Source: the human T2T-CHM13v2.0 reference genome, Homo sapiens. Taken from it: a stretch of DNA of 64,000 bases. Below the pieces are notes generated by a model. That model did no database searches. It saw only the letters and a program-made list of their open reading frames with translations, and was not told the DNA's origin. Location: the NCBI RefSeq assembly GCF_009914755.1, contig NC_060938.1. One strand, written 5' to 3'. The position numbers and the translations under genes were made by a program. Positions 1 through 15,197 of this stretch are shown here, in pieces. Position 1 is the first letter of the stretch, and each line of letters begins with the position of its first letter.

Positions 1-1107
1 CTCCACCTACAGGGGGTATTGTGATGTATCTCTGCAGTCATCACCCAGGTGATTTGACATTTATCTAGGCTCTGCCTACAGGGGCGTTTTGACATAGCTC
101 TGCACAGATAACCCAGATTATGTAACTCTTGCCCACTCTCTGCCTACAGGGGGCATTGTGAAATATCTCTGCACTGATCACCCAGGTGATGGGACTCTTC
201 TCTATACTCTGCGTAGAGGGGGATTTGTGACATATCTCTGCACTGATCACTCAGGTGATGGAAGTCTTGTCTAGGCTCTGTCTATGGGGGCATTGTGTCA
301 AATATCTGCACTGATCACCCAGATGATGTAACTCTTGTCTAGGCTCTGTCTACAGGGATTTTTGTGACATATCACTGCACTGATCACCTAGGTGATGTAA
401 GCCTTGTATGGGCTTTGCCTACACGGGAATTCTCACATATCTCTGCACTGATCACCCAGGTGATGTAACTCCTCTCTACGTTCAGCCTACAGGAGTGTTT
501 TGACATATCTCTGCACTGATCACCCAGGTGATGTAACCCTTGTCTAAGCTCTGCCTACAGGGGCATTGTGACAGATCTCTCCACTGCTCACCCAGGTGAT
601 GTAACAATTGTCTGGGCTTTGCCTGCAGGGGGCTTTGTGATATACATTTCCACTTATCAAACAGGTGATGTAACCCTTGTCAAGGTTCTGCTTACAGGGG
701 CTTTGTGACATATCTCTGCACTGATCACTCCAGGGAGGAAACACTTGTCTACACTCTGCATACAGGAGGCTTTACGACTTATCTCTGCACTGACCACTAG
801 GTGATGTAACACTTGTCTAGGCTCTGTCTACACAGGAATTCTCACATATCTCTACACTGATCACCTAAGTGATGCAACACTTGTCTAGGTTCAGCCTACT
901 GGGGATTTCTGACATACCTATGCACTGATCCCCGAGGTGATGTAAATCATTTCCAGGCTTTTTGTACAGGGGACATTGTGATATATCTCTGCACTGATCA
1001 CCCAAATGATGCAAATGTTCTCTAGTCTCCGCCGGGAGGGGTCATAGTGACGTATTTCTGAACTGATCATCCAGGAGATGTAACTATTCTCCAGGCTTTG
1101 ACTAAAG
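1..1107 (-). repeat. Beta-satellite (68-bp Sau3A) array
   Basis: Tandem ~68-bp monomers, reverse complement of the BSR/beta consensus (ctctgcactgatcacccaggtgatgtaactcttgtctaggctctgcctacaggggcattgtgacatat). Confidence 0.97.
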
Positions 1108-1810
1108 AGCATCGGAAGGTTTTGGGAGAGCCTCAGCCAGAATTTTGCAGTCGGACAAGGGTACAGAGAGGCCAGCGGGCTCCTTTGCACGTCAGCCAGG
1201 GTGCAAAATGAGCGCAGGTCTGGCCAGGAGGCCGACAAAGTAAGCTAGAGTTCTCCGTTCCGCCACGAGGTGCTCCATGGTGGCAGCTGGGAGGCTGCAG
1301 GGGCATGGGCGGGCCGGCGAAGATGGCATGTAGGCACAGAGGAGGCGAGCCGCCGGAGGGGTATGAGACCTGTATGCTGCGCTTGACCGGTGTTTGGCGT
1401 GACGGGGGTCCCCACCCAGCCCAGTGGAGGATGCATTTTCATGTGGTGGAGGTTGGGGGTGGGGAGGGGGTGGTCAGGAGGGGGTGGAGTGGTGGGAAGG
1501 CATGAGAGCTCTGCCCGAGCCGCTGCCACAGCCCAGGCGGCTGCCCGCAAACCTACACGTGCGCAGTAGGTGGCCCACATGCTGGTACCTGGGCCGGCTC
1601 TGGTATCACCGGGATGCCCAGGAAATAATGGCAGTTCTCCGCTGTGTGGAGTCTCTCAACGGGCCTAGACCTGGAAGTCAGGAATCTCAGGTGAGTCAGC
1701 CTGGTTGAGGGGGCGGGGGGAAGACACGGCCCTCCTTAGCCAGCCTGGTGTTCCCAGCGAAAGAGAGGCCACCGCCCTGCCACAACCCGACCCCGTCCCA
1801 ACCCCGCGTC

Positions 1811-3257
<1,447 letters not shown>

Positions 3258-3866
3258 CGGTGAGCCCTGGGACAGCACGCCAGACACCAGAAGGGTCCCA
3301 GGGCATCGAGGCCCTCGGCCAGGGGGTGGGTTGGTGGGGGAGGGCGTGTTGATGGTGGTGGTGGGGCCAGAGAGACGAAGAGGAAGGGGGCGAGGGGAAG
3401 GGGTGAGCGGGGCGCGTTTCGGGGGCTGGCTCTCCGGGCCTCTCCAGGAATCCCACGGAAACTGGAAGCCACTCTCTGGGCTCCCACGCATCTTCAGCAT
3501 GGAGAAACCGGCCTGGGAGGGTGGAGGGGAGTGTGGAACTGAACTTCCGTGTGTGTCTTGAGTGTTCCAGGCCCTCTCTCCGTGAAGGAGGCAGTGCCTG
3601 TGGGTGTCACCATTGCCGGGACAGTCTCACACAGGCAGGCGTGTGGCTCTGGTTCATTTCCACGTAGACCAGAGCGAGACCCCAGAGAAAAGATGCCTCC
3701 CCGGCGTGATGGCCTGACGACGGATTCCCGTGTGCGGCAACATGGGGAGTCTGCAGTGTGGCCGGTTTGAAAACTGGCAAGTAGAGCAAAGGCACCGTGC
3801 GGGATTTCCACCCTTCCCTGCATGTTTCTGGGTGCCCGCAGACCAATGGGAACAAACAGTCAGCAT

Positions 3867-6800
3867 GAAACATCTCTGAACTGATCAACAAAGTGATGTA
3901 ACACTTGTCTAGGCTCTGCCTACAGGTGCTTTGTGACTTATCTCTGCACTGATAACCCAGGTGATGGGACATTTGTCTAGGCTCTGCCTATGGGGGCATT
4001 TTGACATATCTCTACACTGATCACCTAGGTGATGTAACTCTTGTGTTGGATCTGCCTATGGGGGCATTGTGACATATTTCTGCACTGATCACCCAGATGT
4101 TGGGACTCTTGTCTACTCTCTGTGAAAGGGGGCTTTGTGACATATCTCTGCACTGATCACCCAGGTGATGTAACGCTGGACTAGGCTCTGCCCACGGGGC
4201 ATAGTGACATATCACTGCACTGATCACCGAGGTGATGTAACTCTTGTCCAGGCTCTGCCTATAGGGGCCTTGTGACATATCTCTGCACTGATCATCTAGG
4301 TGATGTAACACTTGCTTACGCTCTGCCTCCAGGGGCATTGTGAAATATTTCTTCACTGATCACCCAGGTGATGGGACTCTTCTCTAGGCTCTGCCTACTT
4401 TGGCTTTGTCACATATTTCTGCACTGATCACCCAGGTGATGGACTCTTGTCTTGGATTTGCCTATGGTGGCATTGTGACATATCTCTGCACTGATCACCC
4501 AGGTGATGTAACTCTGGTCTAAGCTCTGCCTAAAGGGGCATTGTGACAGATCTCTGCACGGATCACTCAGGTGATGTAAATATTGTCTAGGCTCTGCTTA
4601 AAGGGGCCTTGTCACATATCTCTGCCCTGATCACCCAGGTGATGTAACTCTTCTCTAGGCTCTGCTTACAGGGGGTATTGTGACATATCTCTGCACTGAT
4701 CACCTAAGTCATGTAAGAATTGTGTAGGCTCTGCCTACAGGGGCATTTTGACATATCTCTGCACTGTTAACCGAGGTGATGTAACTCTTGTGTAGGCTGT
4801 GCCCACAGGGGGATTGAGACCTATCTCTGCACTGATCCCGAGGTGATCCAACTCTTGCCTGGTCTCTGCCTACTGGGGACATTGTGACATATCTCTGCAC
4901 TGATCTCCCAGGTGCTGTAACTTTAGTGTAGGCTCTGGCTACACGGCATTGTGACATATCACTGCACTGATCACCCAGGTGACATAACTCTTGTCTAGGC
5001 TCTGCCTACAGGGGGCTTGTGACATATCTCTGCACTGCTCAATCAGGTGATATAACTCTTCTCTAGGATCTGCCTACAGGGTGCTTTGTGATATATCCCT
5101 GCAATGATCACCCAGGTGATATACCACTTGTCAAGGCTCTCCCTACAGGGACATTGCGATGTATCTCTGCACTGATCACCTAGGTCATGTAACTCTTGTC
5201 TAGGCTCTGCCTAAAGTGGCATTGTGGCATATCTCTGCACTGATCACCCAGGTGATGGAACTCTTGTAGGATCTGCCTACAGGGTGCTTTGAGACATATC
5301 CCTGCAATGATCACCCAGCTGATGTACCACTTGTCAAGGCTTTGCCTACAGGGACATTGCGATGTATCTCTGTATTGATCACCTAGGTCATGTTACACTT
5401 GTCTAGGCTCTGCCTACACTGGCATTGTGACATATCTCTGCACTGATCATCCAAGTGATGTAACACTTGTCTAGGATCTGCCTAAAGGGACTTTGTGACA
5501 TAACTCTGCACTGATGATCCAGGTGATGGGGCTTTTGTCTAGGCTCTGCCTAAGGGCGCATTGTGACATATCTCTGCACTGATCACCCAGGTGACGGACT
5601 CTTGTCTTGGATCTGCCTATGGGGGAACTGGGATATAACACTGCACTGATCACCCAGGTGATGTAACTGTTGTATAAGCTCTGCCTACAGGGGAATTGTG
5701 AGAGATCTCGCCACTGATCACCCAAGTGATGTAACTATTGTCTAGGCTTTGCCTACAGGGGACTTTGTGACATACTTTTGCACTGATCACCCAGGTGATG
5801 TAACTCATCTAAGTTCTACCTACAGGTGCTTTGTGACATATCTCTGCACTGATCACTTAGGTGATGTAACACTATTATAAGCACTGCCTACAGGGAATTT
5901 TGCCAACTCTCTGCACTGATCACCTAGGTGATGATACTCTTGTCTACCCTCTGCCCAAAGGGGGCATTGTGAAATATCTCTGCACTGATCACCCAGCAGA
6001 TTCAACTCTTGTCTAGCATCTGCCTAAAGAGGGTATTGTGAAATAACTCTGCACTGATCACCCAGGTGATGTAACTCTTGTCTAGGCTCTGCCTGCTGGA
6101 GACATTTTGACATATCTCTGCACTGATCACCCAGGTGATGTCACTTTTGTCAAGGATATGGCTGCAGGGACATTGTGACATGTCACTGCACTCATCACAC
6201 AGCTGATGTAATTCTTGTCTAGGCTCTGGCTACAGGCGTCTAGTGACACATCTCTGCACTGATCACCCAGATGATGTAACCCTTGTCTAAGCTCTGCCAA
6301 AAGGGGGCATTTTGACATAACTCTGCATTGATTACCCAGGTGATGGGACTCTTGTCTAGGCTCTGCCTACAGGGGCTTTGTGACATATCTCTGCAGTGAT
6401 CACTCAGGTGATGTAACGCTTGTCTATATCTGCCTGCTGGCGGCATTGTGGCATATTTCTGCACTGATCACCCAGGTGATGGACTCTTGTCTTGGATCTG
6501 CCTATGGGAGCATAGTGACATATCTCTGCACTGATCACTCATGTGATGTAACGCTTGTCTAAGCTGCGCCTAAAGGGGAATTGTGACAGATATCTCCGCT
6601 GATCACCCAGGTGATGTAACAATTTTCTGGGATTTGTCTACAGGGGGCTTTCTGACATATCTTTGCACTGATCACCCAGGAAATGTAACTCTTGTCTAGG
6701 CTCAGCCTACAGGGGCTTTGTGACATATTTCTGCACTGATCACTCAGATGATGTAACACTTGTCTAGGCTCCTCCTACAGGGTCTTTGTGAGATATCTCT

Positions 6801-8283
6801 GCACTTATCACCCAGGTGATGTAACTCTTCTCTAGGCTCCACCTACAGGGGGTATTGTGACGTATCTCTGCACTGATCACCCAGGTGATGTAACATTTTT
6901 CTAGGCTCTGCCTACTGGGGCGTTTTGACATAGCTCTGCACAGATCACCTAGGTTATGTAACTCTTGTCCACTCTCGGCCTACAGGGGGCATTGTGAAAT
7001 ATATCTGCACTGATCACCCAGGTGATGGGACTCTTCTCTATACTCTGCATAGAGGGGGATTTGTGACATATCTCTGCACTGATCACCCAGGTGAAGGAAG
7101 TCTTGTCTAGGCTCTGTCTATGGGGGCATTGTGTCAAATATCTGCACTGATCACCCAGGTGATTTAACTCTTGTCTAGGCTCTGTCTACAGAGATTATTG
7201 TGACATATCACTGCACTGATCACCTAGGTGATGTAAGCCTTGTATGGGCTCTGCCTACAGAAGGCTTTGTGACATATCTATGCACTGATGTCTGAGGTGA
7301 TGCAACTCTTGTCTAGGCACTGCCTACAGGGGACATTGGTACATATCTCTGCACTGATCACCCAGGTGATGGACCCTTGTCTTAGATCTGCCTACATGGA
7401 CATTGTGACACATCTCGGAACTGATCAACCAAGTGATGAAACTCTTGTCTAGGCTCTGCCTACAGGGGCTTTGTGACACATCTCTGCACTGATCACCCTG
7501 GGGAGTGAGCTCTTGTCTACACTCTGCCTACAGGAGGCTTTATGACTTATTCCTGCCCTAATATCCTAGCTGATATAACACTTGTCTAGGCTCTGCCTAC
7601 ACAGGAATTCTCACATATCTCTGCACGGATCACCCAGGTGATGTAACTCCTGTCTAGGTTTAGCCTACAGTAGCGTTTTGACATATCTCTGCACTGATCA
7701 CCCAGGTGATGTAACCCTTGTCTGAGCTCTGCCTACTAGGGCATTGTGACAGATCTCTCCACTGCTCACCCAGGTGATATAACAATTGTCTGGGCTTTGC
7801 CTGCAGGGGGTCTTGTGGTATACATTTCCACTGATCAAACAGGAGATGTAACCCTTGTCAAAGTTCTGCTTACAGGGGCTTTGTAACATATCTGCACTGA
7901 TAACCCCAGGAAGGAAACCCTTGTCTACACTCTGCCTACTGGAGGCTTTAGGACTTATTCCTGCACTGAACACTAGGTGATGTAACACTTGTTTAGGCTC
8001 TGTCTGCACGGGAATTTTCACATATCTCTACACTGATCACCTAAGTGATGTAACCCTTGCATAGGTTCAGCCTACTGGGGATTTCTGACATACCTATGCA
8101 CTGATCACCGAGGTGATGTAAATCATTTCCAGGCTTTTTGTACAGGGGACATTGTGATATATCTCTGCACTGATCACCCAAATGATGCAAGTCTTTTCTA
8201 GGCTCCACAGGGAGGGGGCATTGTGACATATTTCTGAACTGATCTTCCAGGAGATGTAACTATTCTCCAGGCTTTGAATAAAG
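3867..8283 (-). repeat. Beta-satellite array (~4.4 kb)
   Basis: Tandem 68-bp monomers. Confidence 0.97.
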
Positions 8284-8600
8284 AGTGTCGGAATGTGTTG
8301 GGAGAGCCTCAGCTGGAATTTCACAGACTGACAAGGGCACAGAGAGGCCAGCTGGCTCCCTTGCATGTCAGCCGAGGTGCGCAATGATCGCAGGTCTAGC
8401 CAGGAGGCCGGCAAAGAGAGCTAGAGGTCTGAGTTCCTCCGCCAGGAGCTCCATGGTGGCAGCTGGGAGGCTGCAGGGGCACCGGCGGGCTGGCGACGGT
8501 GACGCGGAGGCACAGAGGAGTCGAGCCGCCGGAGGGGTGTCAGGCTTGGATGATGGGCGGGCCCGGTGTTTCCCGGGACTGTGGTCTCCACCCAGCCCAG
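8284..8600 (-). repeat. Orphan pLAM-like tail / D4Z4 intron-2 fragment cut by an inversion
   Basis: Paralogous to 1108-~1420; ends at CCCAG (8596-8600) where the strand switches. Confidence 0.85.
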
Positions 8601-9464
8601 AGACCAGGAGTGATATCTGGTTTCAGAATCGAAGGACCAGGCCCCTGGGAGAGGCGGGCAGGGCGACCGCGCAGTCAGGCGGCATGTGCAAAGTGGCCCC
8701 CTGTGGGTGTCACCCTGCTCTCTCGTGGGTCACCTTCGCCACACCGGCGTGTGGGGAACGGGGCTTCACGCACCCCCTGTGCCCTGCACGCCTGGGGCTC
8801 TCCCACAGGGGGCTTTCATGAGCCAGTGAGCGAGGGCCGTCGCTGTGCTCCAGCCCAGCCTGGCCGCGCCAGCAGAGGGGATCTCCCAACCTGCCCCGGC
8901 ACGCGGGGATTTTGCTTACGCCACCCCGGCTCCTCCTGAAGGGGCGCTCTCCGACCCTCAGGCTCCTCGGTGGCCTCCGCACATGGGCAAAAGCCAGGGG
9001 GACCCGGACCCGCAGCGCGACAGCTTGCCTGGCCCTTGCGCGGTGGGAATCCCTGGGCCGGCTGAGGCGGGCCCACAGAGCCAAGGTGTGCTTGTGCCAC
9101 CCGCGTCCCCGGGGAGTCCGTCATGGGGCTGTGGCCGGTGTCCGCAGTTCGCTGGGGCGGCGTGGGTACCACAAGCTGGGGCAGCCCCACCTCGCCAGCC
9201 CATGACCCAGAGCCCTCCGCCTGGCAGGGGCAGATGCTAGGCATCCCGGCGCCCTCCCAGGCGCTCCAGGAGCCGGGGCGCTCGTTGGCACTCCCCTCTG
9301 GCGTGCTGCTGGATGAGCTCCTGGAGAGCCCGGAGTTTCCACAGCAGGCGCAATCTTTCCTAGAAATGGAGGCCCCAGGGGAGCTGGAGGCCTTGGAAGA
9401 GGCGGCCTCGCTGGAAGCACCCCTCAGAGAGGAAGAATACCGGGATCTGCTGGAGGAGCTTTAG
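8601..9464 (+). pseudogene. DUX4L: DUX4-like pseudogene fragment B (HD2 helix 3 to C-terminus)
   Basis: WFQNRR, then [16 protein letters not shown] and LLDELL...[11 protein letters not shown] in shifting frames. Confidence 0.9.
9234..9464 (+). CDS. Potential 76-aa DUX4 C-terminal activation-domain-only peptide
   Basis: ATG at 9234, open to LLEEL-TAG ([14 protein letters not shown]...). Confidence 0.2.
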
Positions 9465-9990
9465 GACGCAGGGTTGGGACGGGGTCGGGTCGGGGCAGGA
9501 CAGTGGCCTCTCTTTCGCGGGGAACACCTGGCTGGCTACGAATGGGCGTGTCTTCCCCCCGTCCCCTCCACCGGGCTGACCGGCCTGGGAATCCTGCCTT
9601 CTAGGTCTAGGCCCGGTGAGAGACTCCACACATTGGAGAACTGCCATTCTGTCTTGGGCATCCCGGGGATCCCAGTGCTGGCCCAGGTACCAGCAGGTGG
9701 GTCGCCTACTGCGCACGCGCGGGTTTGCGGGTAGCCGTCTGGGCTGTGGGAGCAGCCCAGGCAGAGCTCTCATGCCTTTCCACCACCCCACCACCACCTG
9801 ACCACCACCAACCTACCCCCACACCCCACCCCCGGAAAATGCGTCCTCCCCTGACCTGGGTGGAGACACCCCGTCCCGCGAAACACCAGGACCACCTAGC
9901 GTCCTTTCCTGACATCCCTTCGGTGGCTTGCATCCTCTGCACCTCCGCGCCACCATAGCCCACCCGGGCATTCCCCTGCAGCCTCCCAGC

Positions 9991-12076
9991 TGCAGAGATA
10001 TGTCACAATGTCTCCAGTAGGCAGAGCCTAGACAAGAGTTACATCACCTGGGTGATCAGGGCAGAGATATGTCGCACTGCCCCCTGTAAGCAGATCCCAG
10101 ACAAGAGTTGCATCACCTCGGTGATCAGTGCAGAGATATGTCTCAATGCCCCCTGTCGGTGAAGCCCATATAAGAGTTCCATCATCTCGGTGATCAGTGC
10201 AGTGATATGTTAAAATGCTCCTGTAGGCAGCGCCTAGACAAGAGTTACATCACCTGGGTGATCAGTGCAGATATTTGACACAATGCCCCCAATAGACAGA
10301 GCCTAGACAAGACTTCCATCACCTGGGTGATCAGTGCAGAGATATGTCACAAAGCCCCTGTAGGCAGAGCCTAGGCAAGAGTTACATCTCCCGGCTGATC
10401 AGTGGAAAGATATGTCAAAAAGCACTCTGTAGACAAATCCCAGAAAATTGTTACATCACCTGGGTGATCAGCACAGATATCTGTCACAATTCCCCTTTAG
10501 ATGCAGCTTAGACAAACTTTACATCACATGAGTGATCAGTGCAGAGATATGTCACTATGCCCCCATAGGCAGATCCAAGACAAGAGTCCATCACCTGGGT
10601 GATCAGTGCAGAAATATGCCACAATGCCGCCAGTAGGCAGACATAGGCAAGAGTTACATCACCTGCGTGATCACTGCAGAGATATGTCACAATGCCCCTG
10701 TAGGCAGAGCCTAGACAAGAGTCCCATCACCTGGGTGATCAGTGCAGAGTTATGTCACAATGCCCCCTTTTGGCAGAGCCTAGACAAGGGTTACATCACC
10801 TGGGTGATAAGTGCAGAGATGTGTCACAAGCCCCCTGTAGCCAGAGCCTAGACAAGAGTTACATCAGCTGTGTGATCAGTGCAGTGACATGTCACAATGT
10901 CCCTGTGGCCATATCCTTGACAAAAGTGACATCACCTGGGTGATCAGTGCGGAGATATATCACAATGTCTCCAGTAGGCAGAGCCCAGACAAGAGTTACA
11001 TCACCTGGGTGATCAGGGCAGAGATATGTCACAATACCCCCTGTCAGCAGAGCCTAGACAAGAGTTACATCACCTGGGTGATCAGTGCAGAGATAAGTCA
11101 TAAATCCCACTGTAGGCAGATCCTAGACAAGGGTTGAATCACCTGGGTGATCAGTGCAGAGATATTTCACAATGCCCCCTGGAGGCAGAGAGTGGCAAAG
11201 AGTTACATAACCTAGGTGATCTGTGCAGACCTACGTCAAAACGCCCCTGTAGGCAGAGCCTAGATAAATGTTACATCACCTGGGTGATCAGTGCAGGGAT
11301 ACGTCACAATACCCTCTGTAGGTGGAACCTAGACAAGAGTTACATCACCTGGGTGATCAGTGCAGAAATATGTCTCAAAGCCCCTGTAGGCCGAGCCTAG
11401 ACAAGAGTTACATCACGTGGGTGATCAGTGCAGAGATGTGTCATAAATCCCACTGTAGGCAAGGCCTAGACACGTCTTACATCACCTCAGTGATCAGTGC
11501 AGAGATATGTCCCAGTGTCCCACTTGGCAGTGCTTAGACAAGAGTCACATCTCCTGGCTGATCAGTGCAGAGATAAGTCACAATACCCACATAGGCAGGC
11601 CTAGACAAGAGTTACATAACCCGAGTGATCATCAGTGCCGAGATATGTCACTATGCCGCCATAGGCAGATCCAAGACAAGAGTCCGTCACCTTGGTGATC
11701 AGTGCAGAAATATGCCACAATGCCGCCAGTAGGCAGATATAGACAAGAGTTACATCATCTCCGTGATCACTGCACAGATATGTCACAATGCCCCTGTAGG
11801 CAGAGCCTAGACAAGTGTCCCATCACCTGGGTGATCAGTGCAGAGTTATGTCACAATGCCCCCTTTTGGCAGAGCCTAGACAAGGGTTACATCACCTGGG
11901 TGATCAGTGCAGAGATGTGTCACAAGCCCCCTGTAGCCAGAGCCTGGATAAGTGTTACATCAGCTGTGTGATCAGTGCAGTGACATGTCACAATGCCCCT
12001 GTAGCCATGTCCTTGACAAAAGTGACATCACCTGGGTGATCAGTGTGCAGATATGTCACATTGTCTCCAGTAGGCA
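9991..12076 (+). repeat. Beta-satellite array (inverted block, ~2.1 kb)
   Basis: Monomers read GATCAGTGCAGAGATATGTCACAATG on the plus strand. Confidence 0.97.
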
Positions 12077-12464
12077 CTGATCACCCCAGGGAAGAAACAC
12101 TTTTCTACTCTCTGCCTACAGGAGGCTTTACGACTTATCCCTGCACTGATCACTAGGTGATGTAACACTTGTCTAGGCTCTGTCTACACGGGAATTTTCA
12201 CATATCTCTACACTGATCACCTAAGTGATGTATCCCTTGTCTAGGTTCAGCCTACTGGGGATTTCTGACATACCTATGCACTGATCCCCGAGGTGATGTA
12301 AATCATTTCCAGGCTTTTTGTACAGGGGACATTGTGATATATCTCTTCACTGATCACCCAAATGATGCACATCTTCTCTAGGCTCTGCAGGGAGGGGGCA
12401 TTGTGACATATTTCTGAACTGATGATCAAGGAAGATGTAACTATTCTCCAGGCTTTGACTAAAC
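12077..12464 (-). repeat. Beta-satellite array (388 bp)
   Basis: Orientation flips at taggca|ctgatcacc. Confidence 0.95.
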
Positions 12465-13163
12465 AGCGTTGGAAGGTTTTGGGAGAGCCTCAGCTGGAAT
12501 TTCACAGACGGACAAGGGTACAGAGAGGCCAGCGGGCTCCCTTGCATGTCAGCTGGGGTGCGCAATGAGCGCAGGTCTAGCCAGGGGCCTGCAAAGAGGG
12601 CTAGAGGTCTGCGTTCCGCCGCCAGGCTCTCCATGGTGGCAGGTGGGAGGCTGCAGGGGCACGGGCGGGCCGGCGACAGTGGCGCGGAGGCGCAGAGGAG
12701 GTGAGCCGCCAGAGGGATGTCAGGCCTGGACGCTGTGCGGGCCCGTTGTTTCGTGGGACGGGGTCTCCACCCAGTCCAGGGGAGGACACATTCTCCTGGG
12801 CTGGGGTTGCTGGTGGGGAGGGGGTGGTCAGGCTGGGGTGTGGTGGTGGAAAGTCATGAGAACTCTGCCCGGGCTGCTCCCACAGTCCAGGCAGCTGCCC
12901 GCAAACCCGCACGTGTGCAGTAGGCAGCCCACCTGCTGCTACCTGGGCCGGCTTTGGATCCCCGGGATGCCCAGAAAAGAATGGCAGTTCTCCGCTGCGT
13001 GGAGTCTCTCACCGGGCCTAGACCTAGAAGGCAGGAATCCCAGGCTGGTCAGTCTGGTGGAGGGGTCGGGGGGAAGACACGCCCCTCCATAGACAGCCAG
13101 GTGTTCCCCGCGAAAGAGAGGCCACCGCTCTGCCCTGACCCAACACCATCCCAACACCACGTC

Positions 13164-14465
<1,302 letters not shown>

Positions 14466-14531
14466 TCAGCCGGACTGTGCACTGCGGCAGGTGCAGCCAG
14501 GAGGCCTGCCCAGACAGCCAGACAGCGGCTC

Positions 14532-14576
14532 TTATAAAGGCCCGCAGGCAGGCAGGCTCCACCCCTTCATGAATGG
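14532..14576 (-). promoter_or_regulatory. DUX promoter C: TATAA box and DBE-like element
   Basis: TTATA at 14532-14536; AGGCAGGCTCCACCCCTTCATGAATGG at 14550-14576. Confidence 0.65.
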
Positions 14577-15197
14577 TGGTGAGCCCTGGGACAGCCCGCC
14601 CCAACCCAGAAGGGTCCCAGGGCATCAAGGCCTGCGGCCGGGGGTTGGTGGCGGGGGTGGATGGGGGAGAGCATGGTGATTGTGGTGGTGGGGCCGGAGG
14701 GACGAAGAGGAAGGGGGCGAGGGGGAAGGGGTGAGGGGGGTGCGTTTCCGGGGCTGGCTCTCCGGACCTCTCCAGGAATCCCGCAGGAACTGGAAGCCTC
14801 TCTCTGGGCTCCCACACGTCTTCAGCAGGGAGAAACCAACCTGGGAGGGTGGAGGGTAGTGTGGAACTGGACCTCCGTGGGAGTCTTGAGTGTTCCAGGC
14901 CCTCTCTCCGTGAAGGAGGCAGTGCCTGTGGGTGTCGCCATTGGTGGGACAGTCTCACACAGGCAGGCGTGTGGCTCTGGTTCATTTCCACATAGGAGAC
15001 CAGAGCGAGACCCCAGAGAGAAGATGCCTCTCTGGCGTGATGGCCTGACGTTGGATTCCCGTGTGGGGCAACATGGGGAGTCTGCAGTGAAGCCGGTTTG
15101 GAAACTGGCAAGGAGAGCGAAGGCACCATGCCGGTTTTCCACACTTACCTGCATGTTTCCGGGTGCCCGCAGAGCTCCGGGAGCAAACAGTCAGCAT

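Larger units (their letters stand above)
8601..9993 (+). repeat. D4Z4-like unit B (inverted, 5'-truncated in HD2, no pLAM)
   Basis: Starts at ETRSDIWFQNRR; KpnI at 9686-9691; joins beta-satellite at CCCAGC-TGC-AGAGATATG. Confidence 0.9.

Noticed and set aside
918-1238. Recurrent ~106-aa ORF (MPASWLDLRSL...) spanning pLAM into satellite in about eight copies
   Set aside because: Starts at a non-ATG codon, more than half is satellite, and its recurrence follows from common descent of the junction.
1441-1500. G-run clusters with G-quadruplex potential in each unit
   Set aside because: A known general property of D4Z4/LSau sequence; nothing specific to this window.
8277-8282. AATAAA at a pLAM/satellite junction
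   Set aside because: It lies on the plus strand, antisense to that pLAM, with no plus-strand gene upstream.
3867-8283. Regular conserved-core/variable-segment periodicity resembling a CRISPR array
   Set aside because: The variable parts are homologous diverged portions of one monomer, not unique spacers; primate context and no cas genes.
10204-10220. GATATGTTAAAATGC downstream of copy B, one base from the 4qA ATTAAA context
   Set aside because: GTTAAA is not a recognised strong signal, it sits in a different monomer class, and copy B has no promoter.
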